DNA of 64,000 nt from a virus (lineage: Duplodnaviria > Caudoviricetes), in IMG/VR virus record IMGVR_UViG_2706796498_000001, positions 32,001 to 96,000 of that record. One strand, 5' to 3'. Position numbers and translations under genes: made by a program. Positions 37,764 through 47,891 of the stretch are shown in pieces (within the stretch, counting starts at the first letter, position 1; every line of letters starts with the position of its first letter). Below the pieces are notes generated by a model that was not told the DNA's origin, did no database searches, and saw nothing but the letters and a program-made list of their open reading frames with translations.

Positions 37764-38885
37764 ATGTCTATTGTCTCAAGTGGACAAATTACAATTACCA
37801 ATTTATCTGATGGTATGCAACTCAATGCGTTCATCACAGCAAGTGGGGTAACTACTCAAACTTATGACGCAACCGCTCAAACATGGTCGCCTAGTTATGC
37901 GACTACTCCACAAGTTTTAAAACTTAACCTTACTAAAGCAGGTAGTAATGATTCTGTTATTAGTGGGGTTGCAGGGAACATTACTTGGACACGATCCGAT
38001 GGAACGACAACCACAACTATTACATCAACTACTGATACTGATAATCAATATTTAAGCGGAAGTGCGAATAGTGTATTGACAACCAAAGTCAATGTTCCAA
38101 TTGCTAACTCCGCTTCACGGTTCACTGCCTCTGGTATTTGGGTTGACCCTAATACGGGGCTAAATGTTCCGTTTTCAGCTACTTTAGATTTAACAGTTGT
38201 ACAACTTGCAAAATCAAGTGTTCTGGCTAATGTTTACGCTGGGAATGGTGGGGCGTTCTACAATTCTCAACCGGCAAGTTTAACAGTTAACGCTGATTTA
38301 TATAAGGGTGGACAGCTTTCATCAGGGAATAACCAAATCTTCTTCGGGTATGCAGATAGCTCTGTAACTACAACTAGCTCAAATGGGTATAATTCAAACC
38401 TTGGGTTAGGTTGGCACTTATGTACTTCCTCTACAACCGGTCAAACTCCTAATGTAGCACCAGGAACCAATACAACTTCTCAAGGGATCTTGACAGTTTT
38501 ACCAACGGCTATTACAGACGCACAGAGTTTTAAGGCCGTCATTATTGATGAAGTAGGTGGGACAGCCGGGACTGCGGTAAGTGGTATTGTTACACTGCTT
38601 GATTATTCAGACCCAATCACTTGTACCATTGATAGTACAGCCGGTAGCATTTTTAAAAATGGGTCTGGTACTACAACGCTTACTTGCCGAGTATTTCAAT
38701 CTGGTGCTGAAATTGATAAAGCAGGAAAAACATATACTTATAAATGGTCCCAACGTGACCAAAACGGTGTATTAAATGCTAATTTTGGTGGTACAGGAAA
38801 CCAATATAAAACTGGTAAAACAATTAGTGTTTCAGCTTCTGACGTCAATATCAAAGCTCAATATACTTGCGAGGTAAATCAATAA
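37764..38885 (+). CDS. Siphovirus-type tail fibre accessory protein
   Basis: SSGQITITNLSDG and IFKNG.GTTTLTCRVFQ.G.EID motifs; strong RBS. Confidence 0.65.
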   Translation: MSIVSSGQITITNLSDGMQLNAFITASGVTTQTYDATAQTWSPSYATTPQVLKLNLTKAGSNDSVISGVAGNITWTRSDGTTTTTITSTTDTDNQYLSGSANSVLTTKVNVPIANSASRFTASGIWVDPNTGLNVPFSATLDLTVVQLAKSSVLANVYAGNGGAFYNSQPASLTVNADLYKGGQLSSGNNQIFFGYADSSVTTTSSNGYNSNLGLGWHLCTSSTTGQTPNVAPGTNTTSQGILTVLPTAITDAQSFKAVIIDEVGGTAGTAVSGIVTLLDYSDPITCTIDSTAGSIFKNGSGTTTLTCRVFQSGAEIDKAGKTYTYKWSQRDQNGVLNANFGGTGNQYKTGKTISVSASDVNIKAQYTCEVNQ

Positions 38886-39058
38886 TGAAAAGTACATTTT
38901 ATGCTAATATCGAACTTGGGGGAGAAATCACACAAGTTAGCTTTGAAGCAACAAGCGCAAGTGATGTGATTGAACAAATTTGGAGAACTTATGGTATCTC
39001 AACCCCAATTATTGAAATTTGGGCGGAGGAAACTGACAATGATAGTAGCAAGCAATAA
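38885..39058 (+). CDS. Small hypothetical protein in fibre cassette
   Basis: ATG overlaps the upstream stop codon; its 3' end carries the RBS of the next gene. Confidence 0.6.
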   Translation: MKSTFYANIELGGEITQVSFEATSASDVIEQIWRTYGISTPIIEIWAEETDNDSSKQ

Positions 39059-42000
39059 TATCACCCTAAGTAATGTTAATGATGGTAGCACCCCTTATGT
39101 CCACATTGCCTATGCTAATAGTGCAGATGGCACAGATGGGTTCTATGTTAGTGGTAGAAATAATTTACTATTAGGCACAGGAAATAGTCTAAGTATAACG
39201 GGTACAAATATAGTTAACCAATGTGTTAATCAGTATCCGCTAGATAACGGATACAATGTTTCGTCTTTGGCTTCGGCGCTTGGGACACAGTTTACGATTA
39301 GTTTTGACTGGTCAGTTTCAGGCAGTTCACCTTCAGGTGGCTTCTATGCTCAATGGAGTGATCTTCCATGGCAAATAAATCCAGTATTAACTAAAGTTTC
39401 GAGTTCAAATACCTCGGGTCATATTTCCAATACATTTAGCATAAGCACTAGTAGTGTAAATACAGCAAATAAGATTGGTTTTAGACTAGATAACTTTGTG
39501 GGAACTCTTACAATTTCTAATGTTAAGTTAGAAGTAGGTAGTGTAGCTACCCCCTGGTGTCCAGCACCATCAGAAATGAACCCTACTTACATGGGGGCCT
39601 ACACTGATTACACACAATCAGCTAGTTTAGACCCGACAGCTTATCATTGGTCATTAATCAAAGGTGCTGACGGCAAGGACGGTGCTCAAGGTATCCCCGG
39701 CGCCCCCGGTAAAGATGGTCAAACTACTTATTTCCATATTGCTTATGCTAATTCCGCTGATGGTAGTGTAGGATTTACCAATACACCCGGTAATAATTCT
39801 TATGATTATTTTGGTACTTATACTGATTACACTCAAACAAGTTCAACAGACCCTACCAAGTACACGTGGGTAAAGATGTTCGATTCATCTAAGAAGCGTA
39901 ACTTCACTACCACACCAACCACGCCTTATGATGTGGGTGATACTTGGATAACATCTGGGTCAACTTATTTCTGTAAAACCGCTAGATCAAGTGGTGCATT
40001 CAATCAAAGTGATTGGACACTACAACAATTGACCATTCAATCATTAGATAGTGATTTACAGGCTAATATCAATGGCGATAAAAACCTGTTAATGGTTGAT
40101 GATGTTACCTACTACTCAAATCCTGTTCTAGATTTGTTTAATATGTCTACTGGGAGTAACAGTGCTAATATTGGGGCTAACTTATTAAAAGGTACGTCCA
40201 CTACGAATAATCAAGGGCCATATGATTTTAGCAATGTTTCCGTGACAGCAGGTGAAAACTATACATTTTCTGGCTGGTGGTCAACAACTGGGAGTGGGAT
40301 TGTTTCACCATATATCCAATACTATGATAGTAAGGGAAACAAACTTAAAGAATTTTATGCTAATCAAAACTCGCCACTAACGGGAACTTCTTTTACTTTA
40401 ACTGGAACTGCACCAACAAATGCTGTAACGGCACGTGTATTGTTGGCCCAATCCAATAGTTCAATCAGTATTACCTATAACTCATTAAAGTTTGAGCATG
40501 GTTCACAAGCAACCCCTTGGTCGCCTTCTCCAGAAGAAGTTTGTTATCCATTTGACTACACTTCAACAGATACCACTTATACCTTCCAAGTTCAGGCTAA
40601 AAGTACCGTTAATGGCGATTATGTTCATATGTACCCTGCTTGGGGTTATACCTATGGACAATCACAAAATAAAACCACCCAAGTATCAGTTACCACTTCA
40701 CCTAGTGTTCCAAACCAAACTAGCACCTTTACCAGTGCAGACAGCGATACTAAGTTGGCACTAACTACTGATTGGGTAACCTATATGTGTACTATTTCTG
40801 GTACGTGGGATAAAGGGTCTGTTTTAACTGCTTTATTGGGTCAAGTGTACAATAGTGAAACCAAGGGTACCGTTTCCTTTAGAAATATCAAGTTAGTTGC
40901 TGGGAATGCAATTAAAGATTACACTAGTGATGATAGTATTACAGTAGCCCAAGGTAGTAACTACTGGGATTTAACTACTTTGCAAAAAGGTAGTTCTGTC
41001 AACAGAGGTGGACTAAACCTAGCTAAAGGTACAAGTTCAAAAGACCAATCATCTGGTAATGCTAGTCAAACAACAGGCTGGAATATAGTTACAATCGCTA
41101 CTCTTGCTAACCCACAAGTAGGTCAACAGTACACAGTAAGTGTTAATACTAGAAATAGTGGTGGAATTTATAAAATACAGATATGGGACGGTACCAGCCC
41201 TACTAACTGGGTCAGTTTTATAACCAGTGGTAATCCTATCTCAACGCAAGGGCAGAATAATTCGTTTACCTTTACTTGGCCAAGTGGTAAAAATCAATAT
41301 CTAATCGTACAACTGGCTAATAGTAATGATGGTGGTCAGATATTCTGGAACAGTACAATGCTTGAAGAAGGTACCATTGCACACCCTTGGTCGCCTAATC
41401 CTTCTGATAGTATCTATGCTAGTTGGTTACAAAACAAATACTATACACCTTGGTACCCAATTAGTGAGGGCCAACGAGTATTCTTAACTCACTATGATTA
41501 CCCCGCTTATCCGGGAGTAACCACTAGTGCTAGTGTTGAGTTTGCAGATAGTGATCATAATTTTATTTCTAATGGTACTAATAACAGCCAAGGCAGTTCT
41601 ACTTTAGATGGTACTAATAGTACGTTTATCAACCCACAAAGTTTGAATGGGGTTTACTACAATGAACGAATGCTAAATATTAGTATTGTTTCTCAAGCCG
41701 CGACAACTAATTATCAAGACCTTTATATCCAAACGTCTGGTTTATTACAGTCTAAGTTGGCAGTTTCTGGGCGAGGTACTACTGTGGCTACTTTTGATCC
41801 ATATTCTGGTCAAAGGGTAGATACTCAATATTGGGACACCTATGGTTCGGTTGATAATGCTAATGCACTAGTAAATTACTTAAAATCAATTTCTAGTCAA
41901 GATCTAGTAGTGGCGATTGCAACTAAAGACGCCTTTATCAACAACTCTAACGATTTCCAATTGGCGGCACAAAATCTATGTACTTTGTTACAGTCTTATG

Positions 42001-45000
42001 GACTACCTATTTCCTATGCGCCTGCTGATTTACAATATCGAGTTTCCTTTGCCTTTGTTGGACACACTCCTGCTTATCAAGGTACTAACAATGAAACGTT
42101 GGTAAGTAGTTCTAAAGGGGACGGTCAAGTTTCCACCTTAACTGCCTATGTATCAAATGGTCACATTTCTAGTACCAATAACACCCGATTAGTTGCGTAT
42201 GCTAATGCACCTGCTAAAACCGCTTACTTCCGGGCTGGATATAGTTTCTCTCCTGATGAAGTAAATCGAGTTAACTTTATGGTAACGGTAGACAAGTTGT
42301 CTACTAATTATTCATCTACTATTGCAGACATATCTTCAAAGACTGTTAATAAGAATAAATCTTATAAGGGTGTCACCCTTAATGACAATGGTTTAACGGC
42401 CACAGCGGATAAAACACAGGTAATCGTTAACTCAAGTAATGGTTTTGAAATTAAGAAGTCGGGAGTAGATGTGTTCTCTGTTGATACCAACGGTAATCTT
42501 ACTATTACAGGTTCTACCATCTCGACAGGTAACATATCAGGGGTTGACTTTTCAGGGGATAACCTTACTTTAAGTGGTACGTTAAGTGTTAATGGTTCCA
42601 TTGTTGGACCAAACAAAACATATACTATTGGTCCAAAAGGAATGGTATTTTCTCCTACGGGTGGTGGTAGTAGTACTATTACTATTTCTGATGGTGGTTT
42701 AACCATTCAAGGGTCGTCAACTGGCAACCAAAGCAAAGCAGGCACTTATGGTATTAATGATTCTTTAGCTGGTGACGCTGGTCTGTTTGCCACAAAGGAT
42801 AAAGCTGGGAATACTAAGACGTGGATAACCTCATCTGGTACCTTAATGGCGCAAGACGCTGTAATTCATGGTAATGTGTCTGTTGATAAACTTACCTTGA
42901 CGAGTCAAAATAGTGAGATTGTGTTTGGTTCAGGTTTTAAAATTGATGGCAATGGGGCAATGACCTCTACCTCGAAAAACGCTCAAATTTCTAATGGGAC
43001 TTATTCAGATGGTGTAATTGAAGGGTCTGAATTAGATATTGGGACTGCTTATCATTCAAAGCTAAGTGAAGCCGATAAGTATCGTTATCATGTATCTAGT
43101 ATTGGTGAAACTACGTTTGGTATGTCCCAAGATTTGGGATTGATGGGTTCAACACAAGGTATTAATTCTTCCTACCTTAGTTTAAACAATGCTTGGACAA
43201 CCGGTCAAGTTAACTTCCGAGGAACGGGTAGTGCCCCTAATAACGCTATTCGGGCTTTAGGTATAACAAATGATATTTATACCGATTCTTATGGTTGGAA
43301 GCACCGGTTTAGCGCCCCATCTAATGGATTGTCTGATTTTTGGAATCAGATTGCAATTTGGGATAAAGACGCTCAAGGTACTATAAATCAATATAATATT
43401 AACTATAAGATTACTGATCCAATTACCAGTTCTGTAAATCAAAGTATGAACAGTAGTGCTTATAATGGTTGGGGTGGTGCTGATACTCCTTGTTGGACTT
43501 TGTCAACTGTTGAGTTCCCTAGTTTAGGGGGGTCGTTGCTTACTTTTGGGTCAAATGAGGATTTATATCCAGCTCAAAACCAAAAACCTTATCTACTCGC
43601 AGGGCACACCTATATTTTTGGTGCTTATATTTGGAACTGTGGCTTGCGTTATGGAGCTAGAATTACTGTTGAGGCTTCACCTTTGGAGACTGGTTACCAA
43701 AATTTAGAGTATTCTCAAGGGAATACAGTTAATTATCAACAAAGTGGTTACTGTATTTGTACTTATACTCCATCAAGTAATGTTTATCTGCGTCATATAG
43801 TTGTTGAAGCGGCAATTCCAGGTGGTAATCAGGGGGACAACTATGGGGTGCCCCTTTCAGTTACTGATCCATTTGCAGTTGATCTTAATCAATTTACGTC
43901 TAAACTATTGGGTGGGGGATTAGACACATTAACTTCTCTTGGTGGTCGCTTTGGTATGCCCTATCCACATTTAGATGCTTCCCAATACGGGGTATTGGGG
44001 CTTATGCGTGCAGATAACTTAACCGTTGGTGATAAGGTGGTTGTTTCTATCCCTATTAACTATGAAAGTGGAACTAAAGCTAGTTTCGCAAAAATTAACC
44101 TAGGGATAGCTAAGCCTGGTAATGATAGCCAATATATTGCAATTGATAGTGAATTTCAACCACTAATGCCTGGTTATTATACGTATGACTTTTACTTTGT
44201 TTGGAAAGATGAATATAAACAGTATATTAACAACAACCTATTACAACTAAATTTAATTAGTAAGGGTATTAGTAGTAAAGAAAAAGCCTATGTTGTTTCA
44301 GTCGATAGTATTCGTATGGGTATCTTTGTTGGACACACGACCACTAGCTCAACCCAATATGTGAATGAGTACCAGACTAAGTTTAGCCCCTTAGGTTCAT
44401 TACAGCTAAGTCATATTAGTAATGTTGGTGCTAATGGTTATACAATTGCAGGGCAAACACAATTAACCAGTGAAGGTTTAACAATTACTTCAGGCTATTC
44501 TACTAGTGGTAATAATCAAGGTGGAATGCACATTTCAATTAATGGTAAATCAGGAATTGGTATTTCTGGTGAGATGAACGATGGTAATCCAGCCACACAA
44601 CCAGCCCTTTCCTTCTATGGTTCCATTCCTTACAATAGATTACTAGAAAATACTATTGAACCCCAATACAATGTTAATTGGGACGAATCAAATTCAGCGT
44701 CTGGTATATGGTTTGATTCTTATGGAAATGCCCACGGTTATGGTAGTAGCTTGTATTGGCACGTTCAAAGCCCAAGTTATGGATCAAATTTCGCAGTTCC
44801 TCTTGCTGATGGAAATGAGTATGGTTTTGCATTGTCTAGTCCCAATGGGCAACGTGGAGATAACATTTTAAGAATAGGTTTAGTCCATTTCAATAAAGAT
44901 GGCGGTGGGTATGTTCAAGGTAACTATCCAGCATTGATTTCTGGCTCTGGTGATACTTTAGCAGGGATTGCCTTTGGGGCTGGGTACGTGATTATATTTG

Positions 45001-45122
45001 GTAATAGAAATAAAACCAATAACTTCTGGTCTTTCCCACAAGGTGGCAGTGATGGTCATAGCTCCGATTCAGGAACCGTTAGCGAAGTAACTAGCCAAAA
45101 TAATATGCAAATAACCCACTAA
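39039..45122 (+). CDS. Large tail fibre / host-specificity protein (~2027 aa)
   Basis: RBS GGAGG before ATG 39039; HIAYANSADG repeats, a collagen-like segment and three NLL.GT...PW.P.P modules. Confidence 0.8.
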   Translation: MIVASNNITLSNVNDGSTPYVHIAYANSADGTDGFYVSGRNNLLLGTGNSLSITGTNIVNQCVNQYPLDNGYNVSSLASALGTQFTISFDWSVSGSSPSGGFYAQWSDLPWQINPVLTKVSSSNTSGHISNTFSISTSSVNTANKIGFRLDNFVGTLTISNVKLEVGSVATPWCPAPSEMNPTYMGAYTDYTQSASLDPTAYHWSLIKGADGKDGAQGIPGAPGKDGQTTYFHIAYANSADGSVGFTNTPGNNSYDYFGTYTDYTQTSSTDPTKYTWVKMFDSSKKRNFTTTPTTPYDVGDTWITSGSTYFCKTARSSGAFNQSDWTLQQLTIQSLDSDLQANINGDKNLLMVDDVTYYSNPVLDLFNMSTGSNSANIGANLLKGTSTTNNQGPYDFSNVSVTAGENYTFSGWWSTTGSGIVSPYIQYYDSKGNKLKEFYANQNSPLTGTSFTLTGTAPTNAVTARVLLAQSNSSISITYNSLKFEHGSQATPWSPSPEEVCYPFDYTSTDTTYTFQVQAKSTVNGDYVHMYPAWGYTYGQSQNKTTQVSVTTSPSVPNQTSTFTSADSDTKLALTTDWVTYMCTISGTWDKGSVLTALLGQVYNSETKGTVSFRNIKLVAGNAIKDYTSDDSITVAQGSNYWDLTTLQKGSSVNRGGLNLAKGTSSKDQSSGNASQTTGWNIVTIATLANPQVGQQYTVSVNTRNSGGIYKIQIWDGTSPTNWVSFITSGNPISTQGQNNSFTFTWPSGKNQYLIVQLANSNDGGQIFWNSTMLEEGTIAHPWSPNPSDSIYASWLQNKYYTPWYPISEGQRVFLTHYDYPAYPGVTTSASVEFADSDHNFISNGTNNSQGSSTLDGTNSTFINPQSLNGVYYNERMLNISIVSQAATTNYQDLYIQTSGLLQSKLAVSGRGTTVATFDPYSGQRVDTQYWDTYGSVDNANALVNYLKSISSQDLVVAIATKDAFINNSNDFQLAAQNLCTLLQSYGLPISYAPADLQYRVSFAFVGHTPAYQGTNNETLVSSSKGDGQVSTLTAYVSNGHISSTNNTRLVAYANAPAKTAYFRAGYSFSPDEVNRVNFMVTVDKLSTNYSSTIADISSKTVNKNKSYKGVTLNDNGLTATADKTQVIVNSSNGFEIKKSGVDVFSVDTNGNLTITGSTISTGNISGVDFSGDNLTLSGTLSVNGSIVGPNKTYTIGPKGMVFSPTGGGSSTITISDGGLTIQGSSTGNQSKAGTYGINDSLAGDAGLFATKDKAGNTKTWITSSGTLMAQDAVIHGNVSVDKLTLTSQNSEIVFGSGFKIDGNGAMTSTSKNAQISNGTYSDGVIEGSELDIGTAYHSKLSEADKYRYHVSSIGETTFGMSQDLGLMGSTQGINSSYLSLNNAWTTGQVNFRGTGSAPNNAIRALGITNDIYTDSYGWKHRFSAPSNGLSDFWNQIAIWDKDAQGTINQYNINYKITDPITSSVNQSMNSSAYNGWGGADTPCWTLSTVEFPSLGGSLLTFGSNEDLYPAQNQKPYLLAGHTYIFGAYIWNCGLRYGARITVEASPLETGYQNLEYSQGNTVNYQQSGYCICTYTPSSNVYLRHIVVEAAIPGGNQGDNYGVPLSVTDPFAVDLNQFTSKLLGGGLDTLTSLGGRFGMPYPHLDASQYGVLGLMRADNLTVGDKVVVSIPINYESGTKASFAKINLGIAKPGNDSQYIAIDSEFQPLMPGYYTYDFYFVWKDEYKQYINNNLLQLNLISKGISSKEKAYVVSVDSIRMGIFVGHTTTSSTQYVNEYQTKFSPLGSLQLSHISNVGANGYTIAGQTQLTSEGLTITSGYSTSGNNQGGMHISINGKSGIGISGEMNDGNPATQPALSFYGSIPYNRLLENTIEPQYNVNWDESNSASGIWFDSYGNAHGYGSSLYWHVQSPSYGSNFAVPLADGNEYGFALSSPNGQRGDNILRIGLVHFNKDGGGYVQGNYPALISGSGDTLAGIAFGAGYVIIFGNRNKTNNFWSFPQGGSDGHSSDSGTVSEVTSQNNMQITH

Positions 45123-45148
45123 TCATGCAATATAAGTAGGGAGGAAAC

Positions 45149-45391
45149 ATGGCCTATAAAGTAGTAAACCCATATGGTGTTGTTTTACAGGTTGATGATT
45201 TAGTTTCTTGGTGTGCGACTGGTCCTTATTATAAGGACGGGTGGACAGCCCAAGATTGCGTTGACTATTTAGTATCAACAGGACAATATAAAGTCTATGA
45301 TTTAGAAACCAAGACTTTGTATGTTCCAGAGATGTATAATAATGATAAACACCAACAATTAATTAATCAATTACTTATGTCAAGTAAATAA
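45149..45391 (+). CDS. Hypothetical protein
   Basis: RBS GGGAGG. Confidence 0.65.
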   Translation: MAYKVVNPYGVVLQVDDLVSWCATGPYYKDGWTAQDCVDYLVSTGQYKVYDLETKTLYVPEMYNNDKHQQLINQLLMSSK

Positions 45392-45400
45392 GGAGGTACT

Positions 45401-45634
45401 ATGCCAACTAAGATTAAGCGAAGTCAACAAGTATCAATTGGATACGAAGATATTATCAAGTTGTATCAACAACGAATTGCCCTGTTGACCGATGAGAACA
45501 TCAAGTTATTAGCACAGAATCAAGCCTATGCTAAGATCATTGATGATGAAAAGAATGAGATTAACTTAGGTAATCAATCTAACCCAGAAATTCCTAATGT
45601 TGATATTAAAGACGCTAAGGTAGCAAAGTTTTAA
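45401..45634 (+). CDS. Hypothetical coiled-coil protein
   Basis: RBS AAGGAGG. Confidence 0.65.
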   Translation: MPTKIKRSQQVSIGYEDIIKLYQQRIALLTDENIKLLAQNQAYAKIIDDEKNEINLGNQSNPEIPNVDIKDAKVAKF

Positions 45635-45637
45635 TAA

Positions 45638-45672
45638 AGAAGCCCTCAATTAATTTTGGGGGCTTTCTTTTT
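45638..45672 (+). terminator. Intrinsic terminator
   Basis: AGAAGCCCTCAA...TTGGGGGCTTTCTTTTT. Confidence 0.7.
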
Positions 45673-45714
45673 GGCCAATTTTGCGTTAAACTATCACTAA
45701 GGAAGGTGATAATC

Positions 45715-46440
45715 ATGAAAGAACAAGATTTATTAAAGTTTGCCCTTGATGATATTAACACGGTTTACTTAGGCCACCGTTATGTATCTGAATATACTCG
45801 GGGCAAGGAACAACAATACTTAGAGTTTCTCAATGCAATAGGTGATAACGGAGCAAACCCAGTTTACCTATTAGATCGAACACTGGCTTACTTTGCTTAT
45901 CTTGATCGTAATCGGAAGAACAAACGGCCAATGGGTATCTTTTTCGTTACCCAAAATTGGAAAAAAGCATTGACAACGGCAATCCACTATGAGAATAAAC
46001 GACTACCTCACCACGGTTTTGTTACTGAATACTGTACCAACTTAACTGCTCGGGCTGTCTATAACTATTACTCAATAACTCAAGCTGGTTTTGACTTAAT
46101 TAACCTAGTTAAGGGAGCTTACAGGGAATTAGTAATGAATTTATCATTGCCTTACTATGATAATCTTGAATACCTAGAAGCCTATCGTAGGAAGATTGAA
46201 AGCAACCCAACTCCACAACAAATCCTGTTGTTAAAGGGAATTAAGTCCATGCAACCAGAGTTGTTAGTGTTCTCTAATATCTTAAAGAACTTGCCTAAAG
46301 ACCCAGTTGATTATGCAATCTATTATATAGGGCTAGAAAACCTAGATAAGTTCAGCTATAATGAAGATGACTTACAGAACTTGTTAGCATTTAGTAATCA
46401 ATTAGCAAAGGAAAATCTTCAATGGAAAATTACGAATTAG
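45715..46440 (+). CDS. Hypothetical replication-module protein
   Basis: Overlaps the helicase start. Confidence 0.6.
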   Translation: MKEQDLLKFALDDINTVYLGHRYVSEYTRGKEQQYLEFLNAIGDNGANPVYLLDRTLAYFAYLDRNRKNKRPMGIFFVTQNWKKALTTAIHYENKRLPHHGFVTEYCTNLTARAVYNYYSITQAGFDLINLVKGAYRELVMNLSLPYYDNLEYLEAYRRKIESNPTPQQILLLKGIKSMQPELLVFSNILKNLPKDPVDYAIYYIGLENLDKFSYNEDDLQNLLAFSNQLAKENLQWKITN

Positions 46441-47888
46441 AACAGCAGTTAATCATTCGGGCTAGTCACTCGGCCTACTTTACTAGGGAAGTATTAAGTA
46501 AGGGGATCCCTAGTTTAATTCAAGATAAGACCTTATCATTAATTGCCAAAACCTTGTTACGTTACTATGGACAACATGATGAGGCAATTACTGGGAAAGC
46601 CCTGAATATACTCTTAGAACAACGGTTAAAACTACAAGCTAAACAAGCCGGGCAACAGATTCCTGATCAAATTTTAGATCAGTTATTTCAAAAAGCAGAT
46701 AATTTACTTAATACTCCCGAAGATGAAAGTGAAGTAGTTACCACTCAATTAGAGAACTACATTCATACACAACTAGCCAATGACGCCATCTTAGAGGAAG
46801 CTAGTAAGGGTGATACTAATATTGGAGAACGGGTTGCTAAACGTTTAAATACCATTAATGATATTTCATTAACTGGTACCCAATACAAGCCTTTAAACCT
46901 GTTATCAGATATTGATGAACGGGTAGCGATCTATGATAAGTTTAATCAACGTAAGATTAAGTCTGGGTTATCTTCATTTGATCGAGTTACCGGTGGTGGT
47001 CTTGAATTAGGTCAAGTAGCTTTATTCGGGGCTAAATCAGGTGGTGGTAAGTCAACCTTGCTAACCAACCTAACTTACTATTATGCAATGCAAGGTGGCA
47101 ACAACGTTTTACACGTTACCTTGGAAGAATTGGAACAAGACCAAGTATTGCGTTTTGACCGTATTATGTTGAATGCGGGAATTAAAGAAGTATTTGATAC
47201 ACAGGGTCAGGTGAACCCAGAATATATTAGCAAGTTACAATCTTATTACCATAACTTAGCTAATACTGACGGTTATGGGAATGTTTACTTTAAAAAGTCT
47301 ACTCCCTTAACGCTAAAGGTAGATGATTTAAAACAAATGATTCTATCTGTGGAACGGGTTAATGGTATTAAAATTGACGTGGTGGTTTTGGATTATGCAG
47401 ACCTGTTAAAGCGCCAAGAATATTCTGATAGTGAATCCAAGGCGGGGGAACTACTTTTTCAAGACCTAGTAAAGTTGGCCCAACAAACAGATACTTTAAT
47501 CATTACCGCAACCCAATTAAACCGGGGGGCTAGTATTGAAGATGTAGCAACCCTAGCTAATGTAGAAGGTTCCTACCGTAAGATTAACACAGTGGCCTTT
47601 GCTTGTACTCTTAACTCTAAGGGTGAAGAAAAGGACAAGGGTTATGTACGTTGGTATATTGATAAGGTACGTAACGGATATTGGAAAGATGATGATTTTC
47701 TTTATTTCAGATATGATTTAAAGAGTTTCAAATTAAACGAAGAAACCCCCCAAGAACAAGAAGAACATAAGATGATTGTTTCTTCTGATTTAGGACAACG
47801 GGGTAAAGCTAACAACCAGAAACAACAATCTATTCCAAAAGATGTTGATTTAGGACAAGTAATTAATAATGCAATCAAGGGGGTATAG
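46422..47888 (+). CDS. dnaB: DnaB-like replicative helicase
   Basis: GAKSGGGKST, HVTLEE, VVLDYADLL, TATQLNR and IDKVRNG. Confidence 0.9.
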   Translation: MENYELEQQLIIRASHSAYFTREVLSKGIPSLIQDKTLSLIAKTLLRYYGQHDEAITGKALNILLEQRLKLQAKQAGQQIPDQILDQLFQKADNLLNTPEDESEVVTTQLENYIHTQLANDAILEEASKGDTNIGERVAKRLNTINDISLTGTQYKPLNLLSDIDERVAIYDKFNQRKIKSGLSSFDRVTGGGLELGQVALFGAKSGGGKSTLLTNLTYYYAMQGGNNVLHVTLEELEQDQVLRFDRIMLNAGIKEVFDTQGQVNPEYISKLQSYYHNLANTDGYGNVYFKKSTPLTLKVDDLKQMILSVERVNGIKIDVVVLDYADLLKRQEYSDSESKAGELLFQDLVKLAQQTDTLIITATQLNRGASIEDVATLANVEGSYRKINTVAFACTLNSKGEEKDKGYVRWYIDKVRNGYWKDDDFLYFRYDLKSFKLNEETPQEQEEHKMIVSSDLGQRGKANNQKQQSIPKDVDLGQVINNAIKGV

Positions 47889-47891
47889 TCC

